A stretch of 64,000 nucleotides of DNA from Podarcis muralis (Eukaryota). Positions 1-11,207 of the stretch are shown one piece after another. A model generated the notes under the pieces. That model had not been told where the DNA came from. It saw only the letters and a program-made list of their open reading frames with translations, and made no database searches. A program made the translations under genes and the position numbers. Positions within the stretch are counted from its first letter, which is position 1. Every line of letters starts with the position of its first letter. Where the stretch lies: contig NC_135673.1 in NCBI RefSeq assembly GCF_964188315.1, positions 24,428,001 to 24,492,000 of the forward strand, in the 5' to 3' direction.

Positions 1-51
1 GATCACAGTCCGGATCATGTAGAGCCCCAGTTGTTTCTCGTTTAGGTGAGT
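1..51 (+). promoter_or_regulatory. Candidate 3' end of non-coding TRPC5 exon 1 with 5' splice site AG|GTGAGT (45/46)
   Basis: Consensus donor tttAG|GTGAGT. The first ~520 bp are GC-rich and retain CpGs, like the trailing edge of a promoter island. TRPC5 is known to have an untranslated first exon and a long first intron. Confidence 0.4.
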
Positions 52-685
52 CTGCTGAAGCTCGAGGGGTGCGAAGGAGGAGGAGGAGAAGAGGGGTCGT
101 GTGTGGAGGGAAGCAGTGGGCTTTGAACCCCTTTATGGGGATCTGCTTTGTCTGCTATGAACCTATGTGTGCTCCGTGGGCTGGAAAGGAGAGCTAAATG
201 TTGGGGTCATGGTGGGGCCGTTTAGGGATGGTTCAGGCTTAGTTAGGGGTACAATATAGGGAGGGAAGGAGGAGCCCCCCATCGTCTCTCTCAGATCATG
301 TGTCTATCCTCGTGGAGCTCCTGAATCTTTAAGGTCTGGGAGCAGAGTCAGCCACAGTCCAATGCTCTTTAAAGAGCAATGGTGCAGACAGGTGCAGATG
401 GATTGCAGCTGTACCCCAAGAATAAGCAGTTTAACCTGGTGCGCACCGACCTGATATCTCATTTCTCTGTGCTCCCCCCCCCCCGCCGTCCTCGAAATCG
501 CACCTCTGAATATGGTGCACAACAAAAAAGAGGGAAGGGGTGGGTGACACTACCATTCCCAAGGCAGACAGACCTTGTAGGAAGCATGTTTCTGTTTTGT
601 TTCTTACTCCAAAGCAAATCCATCTTAATTCAACCGGACTGACTCCCAAGCAAGTGTGCAGAGGATTTACAACTCCTTTAACAGC

Positions 686-759
686 GCGATCCTATGCATG
701 TCTTCTCAGAAGTGAGTCCATTTGAATTACTCCCAGGTAAGTGGGGATGGGATTGCAGC
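686..759. mobile_element. Short palindromic MITE-like repeat (gcaatcctatgcatg...tcagaagtaagt...caggtaagt...ggattgc family)
   Basis: Imperfect terminal inverted repeats gcgatcct/gggattgc. Related copies at 25729-25806, 45942-46024 and 46350-46431. Confidence 0.6.
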
Positions 760-3700
760 CAACATCTGCCCTTATGGAGCAGCTATGTTTGACCTGGACT
801 GTGGTACAAAAGCAACACTTTGCTTTGTGGGGTTGCACCTTGAAATAAAGGCTGTTGTTGTGGTCTCCAAAAGAGAGGAGGGGGGAAAGAATCCACCCGA
901 TGAAAGAGAAAAGATGTGTGCTGCTTCACATGTGACTTTGTTTTGGTGCACACTTACATCATTTATTTTGTAAGTGTGCATCCTAAAAATGTAATGTGTG
1001 GATGAGATAGAACATGTGTTTGGAGGAACAGGTGCTGTAAGGATGCACCCCTCACAGACAGAAGACTGGGTGCAGAGCCTTGCCAACTGGTCCAGCACCA
1101 GCCCTCGATTTGCTTTTGTAGTGCTTGCAAAGGCCCTTGAGAAGAAGCCCTCTTTGCTGCTCAAGATCTCTGAAAGGCCATCTAGGGTAAAAGGGACGAG
1201 ATTGGCTTGGTTTTATGATTTGCTCATACCCTCGCAAGGACCTGGGCTTCAAAACCAGCCTCTCTCTCCCTCTCCTTTTTAAAGACCTGGTATGATTGCT
1301 TTCTGGGCTTCCCCCGCCCCTTCTCCCAGGATGCTGAGTGCCTCAAGTCTCCCTCTCAGACACTGTTTTGCCCTCAGAGAACTGTAAATCCAACACCTGT
1401 CACAGCAAAGGAAGTGGGATTGAAGGGAGGCTGCAGGTCTCTTCCCCTCTCCCTTTGATATGCATGTAGCCAGAAAATATGTTGAAGCAGGGAAGTCAGC
1501 AGGGAAGTGAATGTGACTTTTTCACCAGGGCACTCTGGCTGCTGCAGCAGTTAGAAAAACCAAAGTGGCCACGCATTGCCAAACTGGCCTCCATTCAGGA
1601 CAGCTCAGGAGGCTGCGCAAACTTGCAAAGGTGCCAACTCCTTTGAATTTTATTACCAGAGAAGGGGCAGGGAATTGCGAGGTCTTAAATCTAAGTGACA
1701 GTGTTTAATTTATAGTAGGCTTAACTGTGCGCTCAATTTTTGTTTAATGTGGTGTGGATTTTATCGCTGGCACAGGTTAATTGCCTGTATAAATACACAC
1801 CTATATTTATACAAGTGAAGAATGAAGGGGGGGTGTATTTTTAGTGTTTTGTCTCCCTCTGTGTGAGAGAGAAACACACACACAACCATTGGAATCCAAA
1901 AGGTAGACATGATGTCATTGGGAGGTATTCTGTGCTCTAAAGGTTGCACATCAGATGCAGTTCTCTTCTCCTCTACCCTCGGTTGCCAGCTGTTCGGCCA
2001 TTTGTGAGCTCCCCTGACATTTTAAAATGCACACACTACTTCTTTAAGATTTCAATGACTGTTCACCTCTATTTGATTTCATGATACATGGGATTTAACT
2101 GCTGCCCTCTGATGCTTCAACAGTTTCCAAGCATTTGAACTCCTTGCTAGTGTTATTGACACAGATGATTCAAACACGTAGGCTCTTGCTACCAGTGCTC
2201 TTATCATAATTGGTGCTCTCTTGGGCCACTTGGAAACTACACAGACTTCTTTTTGTGTCCCAGGCTGAATCAAAGGGGACATTGGCCTGAACTTTATTTG
2301 CTGTTCTGCCTATTTCTACTGTTGCCATCAAATCTAGTTTTGTCTGAGAACCTTTCTGGAGCAGCAGGAGCCAAAGTAAACATTGCATCAGGTGAAATGT
2401 AAACCAGACATGTTTAGTGCAGTGTCCAAGTAGTGGTAATGGAGTGGAAAGTTTAGGGGGAAAGTGTAGGGGTTCATTTTCTGTAGATCTGTCAAGGCCA
2501 CAATATCTGTTTTCTCTTTCCAGCAAAGATTAAGACTTCCCAAGTGACCTTTGGCAAATCTTTTGTTTTTCTGATGCTTTGCTATTCCTCCCCATGCAAA
2601 ATTTTGTTGCCGTACTTTGATGCTGGTTTTCTTAATCATCTTTCAAGAAAACTAAAAATTGGACATAGCCAGTTTCATGGGATATTTTTCTATCCCAAGT
2701 GATTTCCAGTGTAGTATGAAATTGATATGGAGTAGCATGAAACTGACACATGAAGTTTGGGAAGGGGGTTCTCTACCCCAAGCCAATTCAAATGTTCCCA
2801 CCAAAGACATGTGTGTCTTGTCAGATGAATGGCACTTATATCCTTCTTTGGATCAGATTTTGCTGGAAAAACAACATGGGGCTTTAAGCAAAAAACACCT
2901 AAAATGGGCTGACATTATCTGGGGTAAAAAACTGAACTGGAGGTTCAGCTGGTTTTCTTACAATTTTTTTTGTAAAGTGGCTGAAATTCAGGGACATTGT
3001 ATATTCCTGTGTAGTTGACAATAAACTAGGATGCAGAATGGATTCCAAACTCATTTTCTTGGAAGAAGGTTTTAAGAGAAGTGCTGTATAAATGCAAAAC
3101 ATGCTTACTGCTGATATCAAGCTGCAGCAGAAGCCACTATGCTGTTGATTTCTTTCCCTAAAGCCTGAAATAAAAGAATCCAAAACTTGTACCATTTTTC
3201 TATATATGCGGATCTACAAGGGCTTGGAAATTTAGCTTTATTATACTGAATAAAAAAGCACAGGGAAGAAAAGAGACACGTGCTCATTTGTTCTCTCTCT
3301 GAATATTCACATCCTGTTCTTTTAATTTGAAGTGCTTAAGTAGTAGGTAAAGGAAACATCATTATTTTCCTTTCAGCTCACCTAATGAGCACTAACTGCA
3401 TCTATATATGAGAGCAAGTACATGGTTCTGTTGACACAAACATGGGCTCTTCATGTCCCCTCTCTTCTCATATTTTGATTTGCAGTTATTCTTAGTTATT
3501 GTTGTTCCTCTCGCTATGCCAACAATAAATGGATGAGTAAGTTATCAGGGAAATGTAGCCCACATAATTTAAGATATTGTGTTGCGCACATATTCCCCAT
3601 AATGAAAGAGCCCAGGTGTTGGCTTGGTTTTGAGCTGTGAAAAAATAAGACACCAAATTGTTATAACGCATCCTGCTACTGCTATTGATTTGATGTGCAG

Positions 3701-5300
3701 AAGATCTAGAAAATCTGGACTGCAGAATCTTGGTGTTTTCCCTAAACATTCACTTTGTTTCTATCTCAGGGGATTAGATATTTGTTTTCCAAGTTGAGCT
3801 TCCCTTTGCCCTCTACTTGAAACAGATGATCCTCCTCCCATCAGCTTGGAGCCAGGAGGGGTATTTTTGATCCTGCATTTGTGATTAGTTTCGGAGGCAC
3901 CGTGAAACCCTCCAAGCTGGCAAAGAGGGTAAGAGGTTCATCCCTGTTTTTGTTATGGGCTTTGGTAGTCATTCAACTGCTTCCAGGTGCTCTGGGCTTT
4001 CGAAGTGATACGGAGTGGTTTTAGCATGAGATGAGGGAGGAGACCCTATTCTCACCCTCTTGGGAAAATTTGAGCAGAGTTCTTGGATAGCTACTAAGAC
4101 TAATCCAAAATTGTGGTTCATCACTTTAAATATATATTTGCCACACAAATTTAAAATCGTAATAGGCTTAATATTGAGGGCATTGGGAATGCTTCCATTT
4201 TTTGGCCTTGGGGAGGAAGGGTGGGATATAAATTGAATTAATTACAATAACAACAACAGTAACCAACACCACTGCTTTCCACTTTGTTGGTTTTAAATTA
4301 AATTTCCAAATGGGGGCTCTTCCCCAAACTTATTAAACTACGTAAGAGGAGACAAAGGTCGCAAGCCTTCCATACAAGCAAAGTTTCACCTTTATACGAG
4401 TAATTAACATATTTAGTCACTATTTCTTGACAGAGTTTTTAAAATACAAATTCTTCAATTCTATCAAAGTCACTTGTCATGATTTAGTGATTTTTTCCAT
4501 GACTTTTAAAAACTGTTCCTCTACCAACGTAGCATTTGAAGATTCCCAAGGCTTTGCTAGTTCTCTTTTAGAAGCTGTCAATAAATTTGCCACCAATTCC
4601 ATATCTCCATGTTCCTTGCAGCATAATTTAAAATATTGCATTTGATCCTTCAGGAGATATCAGTTCTTCCGAAGCAACATTTACTAAAAATAACAATGTG
4701 CACACACTTATTCTTCATGAATGGCTTGATTCACATATCCTGAAAAAGAACTAAAATGGAAATGAAATGAGAAAGAGGACTCTTTTCCCCAATCTAATAT
4801 TTCCCAAAGTAAGGATGAATATGATTTTGCAAGAATTTTCATTATGTGCTCTTTTTTCTTGTTCTTTAAGATATGGATAAATTGGCCAGTCTATCAATTT
4901 TTAAAAATAGAATTCCATGTGCTTAAGCAAAACTAGAGTGAATATTTGAGCTCTTGGAACAGTTAAACATAGCTATTCTGTGTTCTTGAGTATATCCTCT
5001 TGCTTAAAAGCATTAATTAGTACCTTTCTGGATAGGCTGGAGTAGGGGACTTAATCTAGCATTCTTCAGTAGAATGTCCTTGCAACCAGCAGGCATTTGG
5101 AGATCCATTGTGAACCTGACCATGATGAACACCACCTGTTTATTTGTCTGCCAATCCCCCACATTTTTTTTTAAATGTGCCCCAAATGGCTCACAACAAA
5201 CCAAATGAACAAATGTAAATAGAAAAATTAAAAGCATATCAAGAACAATTAAAAATAACCACAGTATCAACAAATGCAGAGAAAGGGGGCTATATCTAAT

Positions 5301-5395
5301 GTTAGCTTTACTCCAGAGTAGACGCATTGAAAGTAATGAATATAACTAACTTGAGTTCATTAATTTCAAGGGGTCTACTCTGGAGTAGGGCTAAC
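5301..5395. repeat. 95-nt near-perfect inverted repeat (hairpin), probably MITE-derived
   Basis: Arms 5301-5340 and 5356-5395 pair at 35/40 positions, with a 15-nt loop. Confidence 0.85.
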
Positions 5396-5829
5396 AGTAG
5401 GGATACAATCCTAAATCCACACAATGTTATATAAAACAATACAAACAAGCCAATCTAATTCAACAGCTTAAAACTGAATGGGAGAGAAAAAAATTCCTGG
5501 CACACAAGTAAAATGATAGAATACAACAGCTAACCACACATCTCACTTGTGAAGTCCCTCCCAGGCTCTCACCTGGGTCTGCTCTCCTAATTACTCCCCC
5601 TTCTTTCACTTGCAGAGGTAAATATTGCCTTTACTCCTTCAAGTCACACATACCCTCACAGTTTTTATATTCTCCAATCCCTCTCTTGCTACAACCCTTC
5701 CAACACTATCCGCAAGGCAGTTCCTTTGATGAGCCCCAACTCCATCTTGAAAATTAAAGCCTCAATACCACACTCTTATGAGCTGGTCCTATAGGGCTAC
5801 TGTCTCTAGCCTGGTGGTTCAGCTTGAGA

Positions 5830-6224
5830 CAGGGATGAGCAAATCTGTATTAGTTTCTCATTTTGCCAATCTTCAGTTCAGTTTCCCATATATTTGTTTG
5901 AGAATCCTTTTTAAATATTAAAAAAGTCCATGTGAAAATTCATTTTAGTATAAATGTCTCTTAATATGCACATTTTGCCTTTAAAAAATGTGCAAAGCAA
6001 CTCCTCATAGTATAATGCATTATTCTTTCTACTGCATGCGTTCCATATGCACACTTTACTTTAGCATGGACATTGTTACTTGGCTGGAGGAGTACACTGC
6101 AAAATTTGGAGAAGTGCACATTTCAGACGTTGGCAGTGTTTATGTTTGCGTATCGCTTCAGAAAGTGAGACTTAGGTGGGCTCACTTTTGAATGCAAACT
6201 GAGCTGAATTTCTCCCCATCGCTA
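5830..6224. mobile_element. Old AT-rich non-autonomous DNA transposon with (C/T)AGGGATG termini (hAT/Ac-like); related fragments at ~22100-22290, 28040-28210, 49210-49440, 52545-52720
   Basis: Left end cagggatgagcaaatctg, right end catcgcta. The body sequence recurs elsewhere in the window. Confidence 0.45.
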
Positions 6225-6660
6225 ATCCCCAACCCTACATGAAGGTAGCAGCAGTACAACACTCTTTTTTTCAATCAGGATTCATTGATAAAGTATCAGT
6301 GAATTCTGATTGACAAACAGAATGTTGAACCGTCAGCTATCCGAAATATCATTGAAGATATCAAATAGAGAGCCAGCCGAAAAACCAGCAGGGAGACACA
6401 GCCAAGAAATTGAGATTCAGTCTAAAATATTCCAAGTGCCACAATATTCTCTCGCAGATACGCTACTTCAGAATTCATTGTAATGTGCTAGCGGGAGAGG
6501 GTGTTGAATGACTCAGAAGAATGTAGCTCGGAGTAAACAAACATGTAAATCATTTTTGGCTACAGAGAAAGGGAGCCGGGGGAGAGGGGTGTGTGCACCA
6601 TATTCAGGGAGAAGGCACTTGTGGTGATATGATCTGCAAAGTGTCCCTCAGTTTCAGAAA

Positions 6661-6663
<3 letters not shown>

Positions 6664-6694
<31 letters not shown>
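6664..6694 (+). repeat. Poly(A) run, 31 nt
   Basis: Directly visible; gives the poly-K in ORF 6593-6973. Confidence 0.95.
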
Positions 6695-6698
<4 letters not shown>

Positions 6699-7040
6699 GC
6701 TCAAATATTCAGCAGCCAGAGTCCTTTTCATTTGCAGTTGGGATGTTGGTGCATCTTCTTCAAAAAGCTAGTTGTTGGAAATCACACACTCCACATGAAG
6801 CAAACACATTCTGGTCCAGATTTGAATTCCTGGATGCTGATAGGAATTGGTGGTACATCAAGGCTAATCTCCACAGACCAGTGTATCCACCACAAACAAC
6901 CACCCAGAGGGCAGTACAGAAGCAAATGGGCTTGGCCTCAGCACCTGAGCCAGCCCACTGCGGCTCTCACTAGCTGCCACAGAATCCTTTCTTCTTATTT
7001 TAAAGCACACATACCTTAGAATGTATACTTTATAGATTCA

Positions 7041-7275
7041 GTGTGGTTTAGTGGTCAGAGTGTCAGACTAGGTCCTGGGAGACCCAGATTCAAATCTCCA
7101 CTCAGCTACTCAGCTCACTGGGTGACCTTGGGCCAGTCACTGCCTCTCAGGCAAACCTACCTCACAGGGTTGTTGTGGGGATGGCATGAGGTGGGAGAGA
7201 ACCTTGTATGCCACTTTGAGCAACTTGTGAGAAAAGGTGGAATATAAATGCAATAAATAAAATAAAAATAAATAA
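7041..7275 (+). mobile_element. tRNA-derived CORE/MIR-type SINE (Squam3-like)
   Basis: A-box gtggtttagtggtcaga, B-box-like gattcaaatc, core ctgggtgaccttgggccagtcac and acctacctcacagggttgttgtg, A-rich tail. Confidence 0.8.
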
Positions 7276-7321
7276 TCAGGGGTTGGCAGCCTCCTGCATG
7301 TAATGGCCATATATGCATCAC

Positions 7322-7322
<1 letters not shown>

Positions 7323-7372
<50 letters not shown>
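7323..7372. repeat. (TAT)n microsatellite
   Basis: Directly visible. Confidence 0.97.
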
Positions 7373-8586
7373 CCTTTTAAAACACCTTACCCTTTTCTAC
7401 AACAAAATAGTGCTTTTTTTGAGCATCAGTGCATTTACCAACAGGGCAGCAGAAGCAAATCCCAATTTATTTCTAAAGTCATGATGGTACTCTGTGTTAA
7501 GTGAGTTTATAATGTGAAACTGCACATGCTCAGAGGAAAAAACAGTGTTGATGAACTGCTCTTTCTGCTCCAGTGTATCAGGGGTGTAAAAACAATTGTA
7601 AAGCATGATACAACCAGGAAAGTGGGCAGGAAATGAGAGAAATATGAATTGTGTGCTTCACGACTAAAGCAATTACACACGGCCATCTAAAGGATAAGGC
7701 AATTAGATTTCCTAGCTGCACCACTGATGGGAACAAACTCTTCTTCCCTCCCACATTCAGACTTGGGCAGTCTTTGTTTCAGTCTTTGCCAGGTAGGAGA
7801 AAAGCATAGCCAAAGTGGATCTCCAGGTCTTCAATCCCTTGAGGCCTGCCCAAAATCCATTTTGGGGCCCTAATCCAGCCCGCTGGTCAGTTTAATCTGG
7901 CCCCTGTAGCAGTTTATCTCCTGGGGTAAAATCCCTTCATCAAATCTGTCCCTCTTTGAAAATAGTTTGGAGACCTCTGAGGCCATAAAGTGCATGCAGC
8001 CCCATATCCTAGACTTGATTTGTTACACTGGGGTGGGAAACTTTTTCAGTCTGTGGGTCACATTCCCTTCTAGACAAGCTTCTGAGAGAAGGGTCAGAGG
8101 CAAAACGTGTTTATTAAAAAAGCTTTTTCACAGTGTTTTTTGTATGTGTCTAGATTCCACCACAGTCATGGTCAAATTAGTAGTCAGATTTCAGATCAGG
8201 AAGGCAACCTGTTCAAACTGAGGAACCAATCCTGGGACATCAGTTATATGTAGAGCCAGGTAGGGCATTCCTTAGGGCATTTGTCTGGTGGACTGAGACC
8301 CATTCGTGGGCTGTGGGCTGATACAAGGTGGGTCACAACAGGAACACTACTACTATGTAAATATATGGTAAAAGAATAAGAAATGAGTCTACAAATAAAA
8401 GCTTAGGTTAAAAGTGGGCCCTGGGTCTGAAAAGGTTGAAGGTACTGCCTCAGGGTTACTGTCATGGCCAAGCTGAGAAGCTGCAGTATCCTATCTGGCC
8501 ACTATCACTATCTGGCCCAGGCACTATTTCCGATAGCCAAATTCCAGCTATGTCTAGGAAATTCTGGATGTATGGCAGCCCTAAAC

Positions 8587-9111
8587 TTGAGTGCCTTCCT
8601 CTGCACACCTTCCAACTTGTCAACATCCTTCTTAAATTGTGGCACCCAGAACTAGGCAAAGTATTCTAGGTGTGGTCTGACCAAGGCAGAATAGAGTGGT
8701 ACTATTACTTCACTTAATTGGGACACTACTGTTGATGCAACTTAGAATAGCATTAGCCTTTTTTGCTGCTGCATCACACTGTTGACTCAGGTTAAGCTTG
8801 TAGATCCTTTTCATATATACTACTGGTAAGCCAGGTGACCCCCATCTTATATTTGTGCAACTGGTTCTTCCTGCCTAAGTGTAGAACCTAACATTTTTTC
8901 CTATTGAAATTAATTTTGTTAGTTTGGGCCCAGTTCTCCAATGTGTTAAGGTCACCTTGAATCCTGATCTTGTCTCCCGTGGCATTGACTACCCCTCCCA
9001 GTTTGGTGTCATCTGCAAATTGAATGAGCATCTTCTTAATTTATTCAAAGAAGTTGTTTATAAAAATATTGAATAACAACGGGCCCAGGACAAAACCCTG
9101 CAGCACCCCAC
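8587..9111 (-). mobile_element. CR1 LINE ORF2 (reverse transcriptase) fragment, decayed
   Basis: Reverse strand translates GVLQGFVLGPLLFNIFINNFFE*IKKMLIQFADDTKLGG...C*VLHLGRKN (CR1 RT motifs with stops). Confidence 0.92.
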
Positions 9112-10915
9112 CCATCTCTGAGTTGTTAACAAGTTCACCCACCTAAAGGTATCAATATAACAAATATCTCTAAGCAATGTGCATTTGAGCCTGCCCAGGT
9201 GCAAAGATCCTCAGCCGAGCACCTTCTCACCAACCACCTTTTGATAGCACGGATCCCTCTGGGTGGACCTATTTTGACCTGAAGTGATGTGCTGCTGAAT
9301 CCTAGGCTGATCCAAAGGGGCCCAGTTCAATTCAGGATTTGGAATCCAGCTGCATCAAGTGCCCTGCCCTAACACCCAGAGGCTTCCCAGAGGTTATTTG
9401 TTGTTTATTACATAACTGAGATGATGTCACTGTGTCAAACTTCTTTTTGGTAATTGTCCTATATATTAGGAAATCTGTGTACTGATTTCCGTAATGTTGC
9501 CCGTAATGAATGGATAGTGAAAATGGTATAGAATGGGCTCAATTTGGACTATGTCTGCAAGGAATGTTTTTTTCTTTGCTGCCCAGGAGCATGGCTATGG
9601 GAGGCATGTGCAAGAGACTTGCCACAAAGCATGTCTGCACTTCAGAATTTACCACTGCATGATGGTTTGGATCGTCAGATGGGAGGGGGAAAGCAGAGAA
9701 AAATGCCATGGCAAAACAGAATCTATGTCTTTCCAAGACTCACACAGCTAGGTAGCTTTTTATTTTATTTTAAAAACTGATTTGTTGGTACTAATCTATA
9801 AACCACAATTAATTATCTGTTTAAAAGATGTAAGCCAAACACATGTTTTTACAATATGGCAAAGCAGTTGTCTTAGGAATTAAATCAGCTAAGAAACAAA
9901 AATGGAACAAACCCATTCATAGTTTCACAGCTGAAGCAACATTGTGCTGTAATGTAATAATGCAGCTATTCTTACAACTGAATCGGGTACACATGAATTG
10001 GCAGTAAAGACCTGCTTTTTTTCTAATTTGCTTTTCTGCAACAACATTATGATGTTAGGTCCTGAAACCAAATCCTGTGCTGAAATTTTTCCTGTTGCTT
10101 TTTTTGGGGCAGGGGGTGTGTGTGACCATTCATCTCCCTATTAATGCAAAAACAAATTGCACTCAAGAATGATAAAAGGAGATAAAATTTCATTGATATT
10201 TCTCAGGTTATATGCAAGGGTTTTCATGCACCTAACTTACATTTGAGGGGGCTGGGGGTAATTGTGAGTGTCCTTCCTTCCATTCTACAAATCAATTCAC
10301 CAGTGGTCTGCACATTGCGGGCTTCCTGGGTACTTATGCTTCGATCAAAGCCCAGGGGAAGACCTAATGAGGCGACTTCTCCCATGGGGCTTTTTCAGAT
10401 CAGGGAGTTCAGGCAGCTTAGGAGTCTTTGGGGTGTTGGATAAATGTTTACTGGAAAGAAAAATATATAGGCTGCCCTTGCCCACCCCATAAAAACAAGG
10501 TGAGCTGAAAGCCACACACTGAGCAGAATTCTAAAGTGCCCTGAGACACAGAAAAAACGAAGTTGCTTTTGCAGGGGAATAAAACCTTCAAGAAATCGGA
10601 GGACAGATTTCAGCAAAGCACTGAATCAAACAGCAGAGGAACAGCACTGCCCAAAACAGCCCTAGGGCAAGATGGTTAATGTGCATGCTGTCCTTTGCAG
10701 ACCTTTTTTTTTTTTGGTGGCCATTTTTTATTGATCCTTAATAAGTCTGAAATGCATAGTGTAAAGCACTAGGATAGGGTTCAGCAACTGGGGGCTCTTA
10801 GGGAACAATCTGGTTCCCTGAGGATCACACGCTTGTTTTCCGGTTGTCAATGCAAATGCAGCAGCTGCATGCAGGGAAGGAAAGCAACCATAAAACTGGC
10901 AAATACACAAAAGGC

Positions 10916-10919
<4 letters not shown>

Positions 10920-10985
<66 letters not shown>
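10920..10985. repeat. Compound (GT)n(GA)n microsatellite
   Basis: Directly visible. Confidence 0.97.
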
Positions 10986-10988
<3 letters not shown>

Positions 10989-11180
10989 TTCAGGTGTTTG
11001 CAGTTAAATTGATAACGTGCCATTCGTTCGGTGAGAATCACTGCTTAAAATATGCCCGCGAAGAAGGACCTGTTTCAAAACATGTTGGGCCTGGGGGGGA
11101 AAATTCATTTGAAGCACCTGGAGATTTTTTTCCTACCTTGTTATTTTTGTATGCAGGGAAGCTATGGAACTATAACTTGC

Positions 11181-11207
11181 TTAATTAATTAATTAATTAA
11201 TTAATTA
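11181..11207. repeat. (TTAA)n microsatellite
   Basis: Directly visible. Confidence 0.9.

Noticed and set aside
26-35. 10-mer cccagttgtt shared with 41096-41105
   Set aside because: A single 10-bp match in 64 kb is compatible with chance.
6593-6973. 126-aa ORF with poly-Lys and a possible acceptor (tttgcag) near 6737
   Set aside because: Poly-K comes from a poly(A) run; no convincing donor or protein similarity.
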